Below the pieces are notes generated by a model. That model saw nothing but the letters and a program-made list of their open reading frames with translations, was not told where the DNA came from and searched no databases. The position numbers were made by a program, and so were the translations under genes. A stretch of 64,000 nucleotides of DNA from Camelus ferus (taxonomy: Eukaryota): assembly GCF_009834535.1 (NCBI RefSeq), contig NC_045697.1:4156001-4220000 (forward strand). The letters are read 5' to 3'. Of the stretch, positions 49,073 through 61,850 are shown in pieces. How positions within the stretch are numbered: the stretch's first letter is position 1; each line of letters starts with the position of its first letter.

Positions 49073-51084
49073 AATTGGCCCTCCATTATACTTGGAAGAC
49101 CAGCAAATCAGGCCAAAAATAAAAAGTAACTATGAAGGTAAGTGCAGGTGTTTCTGCACAAGCAGGATGTATGCATTCCTGAGAAACCTCTTGATCTGCA
49201 AAACTGCATGCTTACCAACATCCAGGCTGATGGGCGGGATACGGTGGGGGCAGACCACTGGAAACCCATGCCACGGTTAACCAACACTACAAAAATAGTA
49301 ACAATCCTATAAATATCTAGCACAGCTCTTAAAAAAAAGGCAGAAAAAAATGTTAAACTCCTAATAAATAAATATTCCAGCAGTTATACAATTTTATGTT
49401 GGAAACAATAAGTGAAGGTTGTTTGATAGAAGGGCTTTCAGGAAGGGAGCCTGAAGTACAGATGGAAACAAGTCCCAAGTTCAGAAGAGAGACTCGCCCA
49501 CTGAACACTTCCAGACAGAGCCACAAGGAAGAGTGAGGTGAAGGCGTGGTGTCTCGTGCCACGTTCCTCGGCAGCTCCTGCGTTCAGCCGTCGCGGTATT
49601 TCGTGTTCAGCTGCTTCCACTGGCTGGCACAGAACGTTAACACACCAAGACGAATCGTGTTTGAACCAATCTGACTTTCACATTATCCCAACATCATTCT
49701 CCTGTTTGTGAATCGTGTATGACCTAATTTGCTTTGCAAAAGCAGTGGTTGTAGCAGAACGGGCCAGACAATGGCAAAGCAGCATGATTAAATGCAGGCT
49801 GGATACGGCTGTGACAGGGCTGTGACTCAGGACTGTTAATCCAGTTGCCTGGGCTGAAAAAGGATGGGAAAGAGAGGTTTATGAGAATTCCGGCATCAAC
49901 CCGTGAAGCGCGCTTCCAGAAAACCTGGTGGACCTGCAGCTAAACCAGCAGCAGAGCCACGTGGTCCAGACGCTTGAAAGAAGAAAAACTAGCCACAATA
50001 TTTCTACCCGCTCCCTTCCAACGGTCCGTGGTTCTGTTAGGGTGAGAAAACTGACTTGTGCAGGCAGGAGACCACAGTTCACTTACACAAAAGGCAGTTT
50101 ATCAGTTCAGGGTTGTTGTGAGGATTCAAAGGACACAGTATGAAAGAGCAGACAGCGGAGGTGGGACGGCGTTGAGGTGGTGAAGGAGATGCTCTCACAG
50201 CCTGAGTGACAGCACCTGCTGTTTCTGCTGGGGGGGGGGGCTGGGGGAGGGTGACGCGCACCTTCGGAGGCTGAGCTTTTGTGCTCTAAGTTCCTGGGCA
50301 TATTTATGAGTCTTTACGAATACCTTTAGGTAAACATAGAAGACAGATGGAGAGAGACATGGCTCCTTCTGCTTCTCCTCTTTGCCCAGATCGAGTGCAG
50401 TTTTGAAGAAAGGGGTCCAGCAGATTTATAAATGACAGAGGGGACGTTTGGTGAGAGCTCTGTCCCCAGCTTCCGCTGGCTCTGCTCAGGTCATGCTCCA
50501 CACTCGGCCCCACTTCCCCATTTAGAAGGGAGGAGTCGGGCCTGATGGACACAGGAGGTTTTCCAGCCCGAACATCTCAGATCTCCTGTTGCGCACGGCG
50601 TAGGACGGCTTTAGGCCAGAGATGTAATTTACTTTGGAGCAATGCCAAAGTATTTCTTGACAGCCAGGCCTAGCACTTTACTGGCTTTTTTGAGGAAATG
50701 TAGCAGGTTTGTCCTTCACCTTGGTGACCCTTAAACTGGATGCCCAAAGAACCCAGGTGGGTATGTCCATGAATAAAGTACAAAATGTGTAAGGAATACA
50801 GTGCAGTGTGATGCCAGCAGTGGCAAAGTGACGTCCAGGCATCAGGGAGCGCTGGGGACTGTGGCGTGCTGGCGAGCGTAGCCTGTGGGACCCTAGAATG
50901 GCTGGCTCTTCACAGTTTCTGAAAAGAAAAAAGAAAATCGGGTTTGCATATCAAATCGTTCCATTTTTAAACGTTCCCCGAGAAGTTTTTAAACATTTGG
51001 ACAGAAGCCCAGCTGTGGGCTGAGTTGCCCAGAGACAGCTTGGGCATTTGCAGCCACATTTGTGACCTCTGCCTTGTAGTCTAT

Positions 51085-51300
51085 ATGAGAGGTTGGCAAA
51101 TTGTGGCACGTCGAACTGCCTCCCGTTTTTGTAGATGAAGTTCAGGTGGAACGTGGCCACACCAGTTGTTTCAGAGATTGTCTGTGGACGCTTTCATGTT
51201 GCAGGAGCAGAGCTGAGTGGTTGTGACAGAGACAGTGAGGCCTGTGAAGCCTACAATGTTTCCTGCCTGGTCCTTTAGAGGAAACGTGTGCTGGCCTTGG
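51085..51300. mobile_element. MER58A hAT-Charlie MITE
   Basis: GGTTGGCAAA..GTTTTTGTA..GCAGAGCTGAGTGGTTGTGACAGAGAC..CTGGTCCTTTA. Confidence 0.75.
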
Positions 51301-51699
51301 TCTGTATCATGGAGCTGTTGTGGGGCCAGGAAAACATTCTGGGTCCGGAGCCCGAATGGCCCAAGTTCCAAGGCTGGCTCAGGGAAGTCCAGCTGTAAAA
51401 CGACAGAGTTAGGACAGCATTTTCCTTTTCTCCTTTTAGAAATGATCCTGAAGCAACAAATAGAAATGCAAATGTCTTTGATGAAACCATAGCATCTGGA
51501 ACCTCGTACATGGAAGGTCAGTAGAAGTCAAGATGGGTGCAGGGAGAGTCCAGAGGGAGAGAAAGTGCCCGGCTGCAGAAGGGCTCAGACGGAGCGAGAG
51601 GGCCGAGTTCTCTGTACTCCGGGTGGTGGGGGCAGAAGGCAAAACCTACCGCCCCTTTCATGCATCCGCTGCCGTGGGAGCCCTCCCATGTCCAGGGGT

Positions 51700-52300
51700 T
51701 TGTGTTTAATTGAGGTATAATCGACATATCTTTTATCTGTTTCAGGTATTTAATGTAATGATTCAATATTTGTCTACACTGGGAAACGATTAGTACGTTA
51801 AGTCTAGTTAACATACGTCATCACATGTAGTTTTACACTTTTTTTCCTGTAACGAGTGGGAACTTGTAAGAACTACTCTCTTAGCAACTTTCCAGTATTA
51901 TTAACGATCATCACCATGCTATACATTACATTCCCGTGGCTTATTTCTTTTCCAGCTGGAGGTTTGTACCCTTGAACCACTTCATCCATTTTGCCCACCT
52001 CTGACCCTCTGTCTCTGGTGACCACCAGTTGGTTCTTTGTATCTCTCAGTGGGGATTTTTTTTTAGATTCCACATATAAGGATTATACAGTATTTGTCTT
52101 TCTCTGTCTGACTTATTTCACTTAGCTTTATTGCCTTCAAATTCCATCCATGTTGTCAAAAATGACAAGGGTTTCTTTTTTATGGCTGAGTAATATTCCA
52201 TTGTATCTCCCTCCTTCCCTCTCCACTCACCCCGCTCTCTATGTGTATGTATTTGTGTGTGTGTGTATAAAATTACATTTTCCATTCATCCATCAGCTCT
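51700..52300 (-). mobile_element. L1MA-like 3' end
   Basis: TTAGATTCCACATATAAG..ATACAGTATTTGTCTTTCTCTGTCTGACTTATTTCACTTAGC..TCCATCCATGTTGTC. Confidence 0.8.
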
Positions 52301-53149
52301 AGTTTTAAACAAAGTGAAAATAGAAGAATCTGGGCTGGACACGAACTTATATACACAAACCATAGTTTCTAGATGCATCTCCTGGGGAGACAGAGTGGGA
52401 AATAGAGGCTCTGTGTGGGTGCAGGTCTGAGGCCTCTGATCTTTGCCCAGAAAAAAGTAAAGGCTGAAAGAACTGTCCCTCACTCACACCCTGTATCATA
52501 AGACCTGTCTCACTTTTTGGACTGTCTTGCACATGAATCTTGTATAAATCAATGGTTCAGGAAGAACTTGCCTCACAGGTGAGTCATAATCAGAGGGAAA
52601 CAGCACAGCTCTATATTAAGTTACTCTAAAAAAAACCAAGAAAGTGATAGGTGAAGAATAGACATAGGAAAAATATTGCCACATGCAGATGAAAATTCCA
52701 AGAGTACATAATGTCTTGAATTAAGGAAGAAGTACTGGAGGTAATCCCGCCTGTAAAAGTGCAAAGTTGGGATACAGGAACCCAGCAGAGATGGCAACAT
52801 GACAGAAGAGGCTGGCCCGTGGTACGACTGATCTCAGTGAAACAGATGGGCTGAAAAGGAAGCCCGACGGCAAGTGAAGCCCACGGTGGGGTGACCACAG
52901 CAGGGGATGCAGAAAACACAGCGAGAGGCCTGGAAGCGGGGCTGGAAGAGCAAGGCAAAGTCATATAAATAAAGAAGGGATAAAAAGAGTCAAAAAGTGG
53001 TAATACAGAAGGCAGAGGGGATCCAGCATACACATAATTGGTGTCCTTGGAGATGAGAATGGAAATAATTAAATTCTTAAAATGTCAGTATAATTTTGGA
53101 AAACTTTCCAAATATAAGATTAAAAACAAAATCTTAATGGTCATGCCTG

Positions 53150-53500
53150 CTTCTGTGGTCTGCATGCTTGTGTCCTCCCAAAATACATCTGTTGAATCCT
53201 TTCTCCCAAGGTGATGATATTAGAAGGTAGAGCCTCTGGGAGATGATGAGGTCATGAGGGCAGAACCCTGATGACTGGGAACAGTGTCTTGTACCAGAGA
53301 CCCCAGAAAGCTAACGTGTCCCTTCTACCAGGTGAGATTATAGTGAAAAGACTGAGATGCAGGCCCTTACCACACACTGAATCTGTGGCACCGTGGTCTT
53401 GGACCTCCCAGCCTGCAGAATCTTGAGACATAAATGCATGTTGCTTATAAGCCACCCAGTCATGGTGTTTTTGTCATAACATCGCAGGTAGGCCAGGACA
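53150..53500 (+). mobile_element. MLT1A-like MaLR solo LTR
   Basis: TGTGTCCTCCCAAAAT..GTTGAATCC..GGTCATGAGGGCAGAACCCT..GGACCTCCCAGCCTGCAGAA..TTATAAGCCACCCAGT. Confidence 0.8.
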
Positions 53501-56500
53501 CTACCTCATCAGGTTGTTGAGGATCAACTGGGTTTAGCCAAATGAAATAACTAGGACAGAACCTGGCACATGACAGGTACAGTCCAATTAGCCGATATAA
53601 TTACCATGTCCGTGGTTGAACACAGGGTCTGGATTTGGAGCCCATGTGCCTCCCGGTCCAGTAGGGGTGGCCCACCTGGCAGTAGATGAGCCACAGCCAG
53701 GCATTAAGAGGTCTGGAGTGGGTTGACAAGGAGGGGCAACCAACTCATCCAGGGGGTTAGGGGAGGCCACCCAGGGAGCCTATCTTGCTGGCTCTTAAAG
53801 AATGGATGAGAAAATGAGGCAATACCATTTCTCACCCCTCGGGTCTGCAGAGAGATCTTGAAGCCTCAGGATCGCAGGCATAGGGAGGGGATGGAGAGAC
53901 GGAGAGGCACATACACTGTCATTGGAAGCGTAGATGAGAGCAAACCACTTGGACAGGAATCTGCCGACACGTAGACATGCGAAAGATGTCCCCCATCTGC
54001 AGCCCGGCGAGTCCCTTTCAAGGTGTATCTGTTAGAAAAGCTCTTGCAACTGTGCACATAGACACCCGTCCAACAGTATTCGAAAATTTTAAAAGAAATC
54101 AAAAGATTTTTTTATAACTTGTTTGGCAGCAAAACCCGACTTAAATTGATGTCTTAAATGGATTTAGTCTTTGTTTATCCCTTTAGTGTGACTTTTCGTA
54201 TGTTCTGCTATAGAAGTAGGAGTGAGTTTGAGAACGGGGCGCTGGCACAGCCCAGATCCTCCCCAGGGTGTTCTGTGGTGTGTGGAAGGCGGGGCTGGGA
54301 CCTGGTCTGACTCCCCGAGGCCCCTGGAGGATGGCTCAGAGTGGACAAGGTGGAAGGCAGGAGTGCTGGTTCAGTGCTGGCCCCTCCTCCACCCCGAGAC
54401 TGCACAGCCGGACAGGGGCAGGGGCAGATGAGATCTTGGAGCTCCAGGCTCTCTCAGCGGGTTCCCCAGAAGCTGACCCTGTGTGAGGATGATTTGTTCA
54501 GGAAGTGTTGCCAGGGGAAACCAGGCTTGGGGGGGGGGGCGGGCAGGACAGGGGAGGATGTGACTGCAGATAAAGGAAGTTTCAGCCTGACCCTGTGGAT
54601 GTGCCCTGAGCTTGTCCACCCTGGGGGTCAGGCAGCCACTGCCAAGGGCCTGCGGTGTGGAGGCCTCTGGAAGTCCCTGTGGTCCTGCCTGACTTCATCC
54701 AGGAGGTAGGCCTCATCCGGTGGCGCTCTGGGCGGCTCACACTCGCTGGTGAGCGCCGACCGCTGAAGCTGTGGTTCTGTGAGCTGGTCGTTATCTCGTT
54801 GGTAGTTTGCAGTTGGCCGTGGTAGGCGATGTGGGCAGATGCTACAAGTCAGGGCCCAGCCGGTTCTTAAGCATTTGCCAGCACGCTCCTGGCTGCCTTT
54901 CAGACCTTCCCCTCCTTCAGGATTCCTCTCCCCCTTTACCAGACTGTGCTGATTCCTGGCCTTGAAAACCCAACAATATCTGTCATCTAGAATCTCAGGC
55001 ACCCTCCCTTGGTGAATGGGCTCCCTTAAGGCCGTGCTTCTCAAAGTGGGGCAGGTGGCTGAGTGCCTGGGCTATAACATCCTCCTCTTCTAATCTTTAC
55101 ATAAAAAAAAAAGTGATACGCAGCTGCAAAGTTGTAATTTGGTGAAAGAAGGAATGAATAGATTACAAAATTGGCCTGAATTTTCTCAACGAACAGATCA
55201 AGGACATTGTATACTGGCCAGGGGCCACTATTGTCCCATCCCTGTCTGCAGGAGGTTCACTGTGAGGTGTGAGTGTTCAGTGTAACGGGGAACCTCTGGC
55301 TTTGGGCCTTTACTCACACTGAGACTCTGGGGGGAGGGGCTGTCACAGAGGGGAGACACCTCTCTTCCTGGACCCCAGGGCCCCTTTGGCATTTCACTGA
55401 TACAAGGCACTAGAGCTGGAACAGAGAAAGCATGGCCTTTAGAGCCAGACCGCTGGTGCAGACTGTGTGACCTCAGGGAACTTGCTTCCCTTCTCTGGGC
55501 CTCAGCTTCTTTCAGGGAAATCTAGATGACTGGAAATTCCCCCAGGGTTTCCAGGAGGTCAGGTGAGACAGTGCAGGTGGCAGCTGAGAAGCGCCATGCC
55601 CGCACCTAGCATCAGGGACTTAGCTGTGGCAACGTTCATCAATTTTGGTGCTGAGGAAAATGCAGCTCATTGTGGAAAAGGAAAGAGGTTCGCGTGGCCA
55701 TTTCTTAAATGGAAATTCACACCTCCCAGTTTGATCTTGGCCTGGATGTGAGAGTTACGCCCTGGGTAGCATCTAAGATTATGAAACCATTCAGGTGGGG
55801 GTCGAGCTCCTGCGGGTGTGATATTTGGCTTGGGGCAAGGTGTTTGGTCTCTGTGGGCCTCCAGGTAGAATAGACCACCCCCAGAGAGGGTCCTCAGACC
55901 TTCTCGGATGCTGCAGGGCCACAGCTGGCCCTCATTCCGTGCCCTGCTCCAGAGCAGCCTGCACCCTCAGACCCTTTTTTCTTGGATATGACTGGGCATT
56001 TGTTTATCCCTGACAGCAAACTCTGTTCGATCAGGAATTGATGTCCGTGGTGTTAGCACACGATAAAGCTTCAAGAAGCTGGTTAAACAGCATGAGGTGG
56101 GTCATAAATTTGGCTTTTCATCCCTGTCAGAGCTTCCTTATTACAGAAAGTGAGAAAGACAGAGCAGCGTGCTATATTCTGCAGGGTGTTTAATTTAGAG
56201 CGACAGTCAGGACTCCCAGGCCCCTCCCGCTGTTTGTAACTGCAGACTCTCAGCTGTAATTCTGATCAACAGGGCTGGAATTTATCATCATACTTAACTG
56301 CTTACTTTTAAATTTCCTTTTAAAATATGTTGTTGATTTCTTTAACGGTTTTTCTTCTCTGCCATCTTCAATTAAACCACATCTTAATGAGGCTTTTGAT
56401 CTTCATTCTTGTCTTCCTACCAGGTACTAACGCCTGAGATTTACTGTTAATTTGATTATTGATGATCTGATTTGAGCCACACATGAATTCTTTCTAGGGA

Positions 56501-56589
56501 TGTGAAAAATTAGCTTAGAAATGAAAACCAAAATGTAGTGCTTAAGTTAGAGAAAAGGCAGTGTTATAGTCAGAAATAAAGGCTGCTTC

Positions 56590-56794
56590 TGAGTTGTCCT
56601 GTGGGCCAAATCTGGCCCACCGACTGTTTTTGTAAATAAAGTTTTATTGGTACACAGCCACACCTGTTCATTTACATATTGTCCATGGCTGTTTTTGCAC
56701 TACAAGGGCAGACCTGAGGAGCTGCAACAGAGGCTGTATGGCCTGTAAACCTGATGTATTGATTATCTGGCCTCTACAAAAAGACTTTGTCAAC
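56590..56794. mobile_element. MER58A hAT-Charlie MITE
   Basis: GGGCCAAATCTGGCCCACCGACTGTTTTTGTAAATAAAGTTTTATTGGTACACAGCCACACC.. Confidence 0.8.
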
Positions 56795-57230
56795 TGTGAT
56801 AGTTAATTTTATCTGTCAGCTTGGCTGAGCTGTGGTGCCCAAATATGTGATGAAACATTCTGGGTTTTTCCTATGGGAGTATTTTTGGATGAGATGATCA
56901 TTTAGATCAGTAGACTTTGAGTAAAGCAGATTATCCTTTATAATGTGGGTGGGCCTCATCTAATCAGTTGATGGTGTGAATATAACAAACACTAACCTCG
57001 TCTGGGCAGCAGAGAGTTCTGCAGCAGATGGTCTTTGGACTCAAACTGCAACATCAGTGCTTTCTGAGTCTCTAGCCAGCTAGCCAACCCTGCAGATTTT
57101 GGACTTTTCAGTCTCCTTAATCATGTAAGCCAATTCTATAAAATAAATCTCTGTGTATATATAAATATCCTATTGGTTGTTTCTTTGGAGAAACAAAAAG
57201 AAACATTGGTCCTGTTTTTCTGACTAATAC
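56795..57230 (+). mobile_element. MLT2 (ERVL) solo LTR
   Basis: TGTGATAGTTAATTTTATCTGTCAGCTTGGCT..GACTTTGAGTAAAGCAGATT..TAATGTGGGTGGGCCTCATCTAATCAGTTGA..AATAAATCTC..GACTAATACA. Confidence 0.8.
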
Positions 57231-58999
57231 ACCTAATACTTGGGGTCAGATGATCTGCACTGATGGATTGTGCAGGGCCTAGGAGTCAGGCAGACTTGGG
57301 TTCAAATCCCATCTCTGCTGCTTCCTGGCTGGGACTTTGAGCTGATTCTGCCACCTCTCAAGGTTTGTTTCTGTATCTGTAAACTGCAGCCAAGTACTGC
57401 TCACTTTGCAGGGCCATGGTTCGTGACTGACACATTAACAAGGGGCCCAGCACCTGCTGGGTGCCCAGTTCTGGTCACCGTCAATGTTATTACTGTGAAC
57501 AAACTGTCTGGCTTATTCATCAGTCTCTTGTGTGTTTGGTTCAGATGAGTCAGCCCTTCAGGCCTGCTAAGGTCCAGCTGCCCTTACAAGATGTGATTAC
57601 TGAACCAGAAAAATAGTGGCGCTGACTCTTGATGGTGGAGTCACAAGTGCCTCTGTGACATTGACCTCTTCCCTGTCCCTGAACTCCTTCAATAGAACCA
57701 AAGAAGCCCCTGGACTGAGCCAAGTGGGAGCCCCTGGCTTGGTTGCAGATGACGGCACGAAGGACGCAGTTGCTGGGTTAACTGGAAGGAACTGTCCTGC
57801 TAGCATTTCCCAGGCTTCATTCAAGCACTGAGGTGCTGAACTTTGAGCCTTTGTTCTCTAACTCAGTTGTTTTATTCATTCAACAAATGTTTTATTGAGT
57901 ACTTGCTCTGTTCCAGACACTGTTCTAGGCACCAAGCATACAGCAGGGGCCCATCAGACTTGTCCTGGCTCTCCAGGCCCTCCAGGCCCCATGGGTACAG
58001 GGCTTAGAGCATGAGCCTCACCGTCCATGCTGTTTCCAGGTCAGATTTTCTCTTCTTGGGCCACAGCTCTGCTCTGTCCCTGTGGAGGTGAAGGTGCAGG
58101 TCAGGGTGGGGCAGACCTACTGGTGTGAGCCCCACCCCAGGAACCATGTCTCAGTGCAGGACCACTGATCCCCACAGATACCCCCTCTGTGGTGTGTGCT
58201 GTGTGCCATGTTCCAGCTTGGTTTCAGGCCCATGAAAAGATTCTTAAAATTAACTTTTGAAACTGGCTTCTCTTCATCCGGACTCTCAGTGACAGTGCAG
58301 CCTGCAGAGCTCGGTGAGCAGGACTTGCCCAGTGTTTCCTCCCGGCCAGTGCTGGTGGGCCAGCGGGGCCCTGCCCCTGCCCCTGCCCATGGTTCGGGAC
58401 TGGGTGGCCAAACCCGGCCCAACCCAGCTGTGTGGTCTCATTAGCAAAGAGCAGGTCTCTGGACCAAACAGGGGAGTAGGAGTGACCTGCTGTGAGGTGG
58501 GCAAAACGTAGGCCTGCAGTCGGAGCTGGGCGTGAGTCCCACTCTGCCAGGTGACGCTGGGCGCCCTAGGGCAGGGGTGTGGCTGATGCTTTGTAGAAAC
58601 TGGAAGCCACAGGAGCAGCTCCGAACCCCAGCTGGGCCTTGGGAGAGCCCTGCTTCCTGCACGGCGGATGGGAGGGAGGCGATGCTCTTGACCCACACCG
58701 CGAACGATCTTTTTCCCACCTTGACTGCCAGCGGTCAGTCCTCCTGGAAGGAGACACTGGCAGTGGGGCTTGGCAAGAAACAAGCCATTTGTCGTGGCCG
58801 TGTGCCAGCCTGCATGTCGTCCTGCAGCCTGTCCTTGGGAAGTCTTGCCCGCTTGTCATGTGGAGTAGAACATCTGTGTGCGTGCAGGCGTGTGTGTGTG
58901 TGTGTGCATGTCTGTGTGAGATAAAAGTGTCCACACACCTGAGGAGACAGTCCCCCAGAGGAGGCAGCATTGATGGGGGGGGGATTAGAGGTCCTAAAC

Positions 59000-59440
59000 T
59001 ATACTGGGTTGAATATTGTCTCCCAAGATTCTTATCCACCCAGAACCTTAGAATATGACTTTATTTGGAAATAGTATCTTTGAAGATACAATTACTTAAG
59101 TTAAGATCAGGTCATATTTAAAAAAAGGAGATCAGGTCATATTTGATTAAAGGGGACCCTAAATCCAATGACTGGTGTCCTTATGTGAAGAGGACGGACA
59201 CACAGAGACATACAGGGAGACTGTCACATGAAGACAGAGGCAGAGTTGGGAGTGATGTATCTACACAGCAAGGACCACTAAGGGTTGCTGGAAAGCACCA
59301 AAAGCTAGGAGAGGCGAGGACTGGCTTTCTCTCCCCTTAGAGCCTCCACAGGGAACCAGCCCTGTAGGTGCCTTGACTTCGGATGTCCGGACTCCAGACT
59401 GAGGCGGTACGTTTCTGTTGTTTCCAGCCCGCCCATTGGT
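59000..59440 (+). mobile_element. MLT1B/C-like MaLR solo LTR
   Basis: TGGGTTGAATATTGTCTCCC..CTTTATTTGGAAATAG..CCCTAAATCCAATGACTGGTGTCCTTAT..GAAGACAGAGGCAGAG. Confidence 0.8.
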
Positions 59441-61679
59441 GTGGGAAAGGAACCAAGGACCCAGACCCAGACCCTGACTTTCTGACCCCTGTTTTCTCCA
59501 TCTGCAAAGTGAGGTATTGAACTAGAAGGGGAGTGACACACATTTTCTGTAAGTAGCCAGATGGTAAATACTTCAGACTTTGCAGGCCTAAAATTAAATT
59601 TTTTTAGGACAGAAATAAATTTTAATTCATTAGAAGGTACAGCAGCGAACAGGGTCCTTTGAAGGGTGTTTTCTAAGTCAAATGAGTGAGATGACACAGA
59701 GCCAGGGCGGAATCCCTTCTCGGAACAGACGATGCAAACATGGGAATTCACAGCATTCAGTGGGACCTAACTGGTGGTGCAACTGAAGACCCCAGTACTC
59801 CCGTTTAGTTCCGCTGGTGGATCAGTTTAAATACCCTTTGCTTACTCTTAATAAGTGTTGCTTACTTTGCTTTGCTTTGTTGTCCTTGTTTGTCATTTGT
59901 TTTAGGGTCCTTTCAAAATGCAGAAAACTATTCTGGATCCTGGGCTGGATTTGGCTCACGGGCCGCAGTTTGCCAGCCAAGACTCAAGGCATTAATTCCA
60001 CCCGTAGGGAGACCCAGACACACTCACCGTCCATCATCAGGGCGCACGGTCATGGTTCTGCCGCTGGGCCACGTGCTGATGGGGGAGGAGCCAGCCTGGA
60101 GCCCCCAGGCGTCAGTTTTCAGAACTGTCAGTGGGCTTGATGGCTGGTTTTCCCGCATGAAGGCCACAGGGGACAGCGGTAGGCAGGCCGCCTCCCTGTG
60201 TCCATGCCAAGGCCTGTCTCTCTTGTTCAGCCTCACCCCGTGGTGCTGGGCACAGGGCCTGGCACATCACGGGAGCTCAGGGGAGAGTTGTCTGAAGAAA
60301 GAAGGACTCTTCTGGAAGCCCTCTCTGGGCTGGGGGCTTGTCTGAGTTCCCTCTTCCGTGGCAGTGACTTCAGTGGTGTCATTGTCCCTTTGGGAGGACG
60401 GGCGCTTCGGTTGAGCCATCTCTGTACAGTGTTTGATGACCCAGGGGAGGAGTCAGCCCAAGTGAGGTACGTCTGCCAGGCGATGTCAGCGCCCCCACCC
60501 CTACCCTGACCCTAGCACAGCCAGAAGTGCTGGGGCCCAGGTTCAGTCCTGCAGACACAGGATCTCCAGGAGAAGGAAGTGGTCTCTAAAAGCAGCACGA
60601 GCTGGTGCTGGCAGCATGGAGTTTGGGAGCACACAGACCTGAATTTGAATGCTGGCTTTGCTGCTTGGCAGCTGTGTGACCCGAGTGAACGTCTTAACCT
60701 TGCTGGGCTTCAGCCTCCTCTCCAGGAGGGCAGAGCAAGCCCTCCCTGTCAGGTCTGTCCTGAGGACGGGGCGAGGTGTGCCCAGCAGAAAGCAGCCTGG
60801 CACACGGGGGTGCCCGCTCTTAGCAACAGCTCTGTCGTTAGGTGGCTCTGAATGGTAAAGCCGCATTTCTGTCAGGCCCGTGCTCCCTCCAGCGTGGGTG
60901 TGTGTCCCTGCCCGCTTGGAACTCTCCCATCCTAACTCTGTCCAAGGGTTGCCATGGCCACCCCATTGTACAGATGAAGAAACAGGCTCAGCGAGGGAGT
61001 GGCCTTTCCCGAGGCCACGAGGGGAGGCAAATGGCAGAATGGGGACCCCAGGCCGGTCCTCCTCCGGCCCTCTCCTCCCTGACCCAAATTACTGCCTGCC
61101 TGATCAAAGCACTGTCCCAGCCGTGGACCGTCAGGCACACGGGCTGGAGCTGAGGGGAGCCTCCATCATCTCATTGGACTGATCGGCAGAAATCTTTTTG
61201 GAATGCTGCCATTTGAGGTGTGGTGACCCCCAAACACCTCCATGGCGGCTGCTCCAGGCACCCGCCCTCCCCCGCCCCGCTCCGCATGCATGCACACACC
61301 CGGACCCATCCTTAATCAGAGCCTCCGGTCCTGAGAGGGCCTGCTTGCTTGCTCTGACTAGGAGACAGCTTTGAATTATTGCAGCGAGGCCGAGGCCATG
61401 GACTGGGGTCCCTGGGGCCCCCTCCCTGAGAGAATCTGCAGGAAAATGTGTTTACGCAGAAGCTGGAGCAGCGTCCAGAGGGAACCCGGCAGGCGGGGCC
61501 CTGGAAACGTACTCAGTTGAGTTGCCCTGGGGATTCTAGGAGCCTGGCGTCTTGTCAGTATGTTGCATGGGGGGTGCTGGGGGGCCGGGCGCTACATAGG
61601 AGCCCCAAACCCAGGTCACAGAGCGGGAGGGGCGCCAGGAGCCCCAGGAAGAGTGGTGCTGCTTCTTTTTTAAAAAACT

Positions 61680-61850
61680 TTTTTCTTTAATTTTTATTGA
61701 AATATAGTTGATTCACAGTGTTTCAGGGGTACAGCAAAGTGATTCAGTTATACATATATATTCTTTTTCAGATTCTGTTCCATTATGGGCTGTTACAAGC
61801 TATTGAATATAGTTCCCTGCGCTCTGCAGCAGGTCCTTGTGGTTTACCTA
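61680..61850 (-). mobile_element. Short L1 3' end
   Basis: TTTTTATTGAAATATAGTTGATT..GTACAGCAAAGTGATTCAGTTATACATATATATTCTTTTTCAGATTC..; degenerate TSD around GTGGTGCT. Confidence 0.8.

Noticed and set aside
49130..49150. Strong splice donor-like AAG|GTAAGT
   Set aside because: No convincing upstream acceptor or PPP2R2C-like coding sequence; such motifs are common in long introns.
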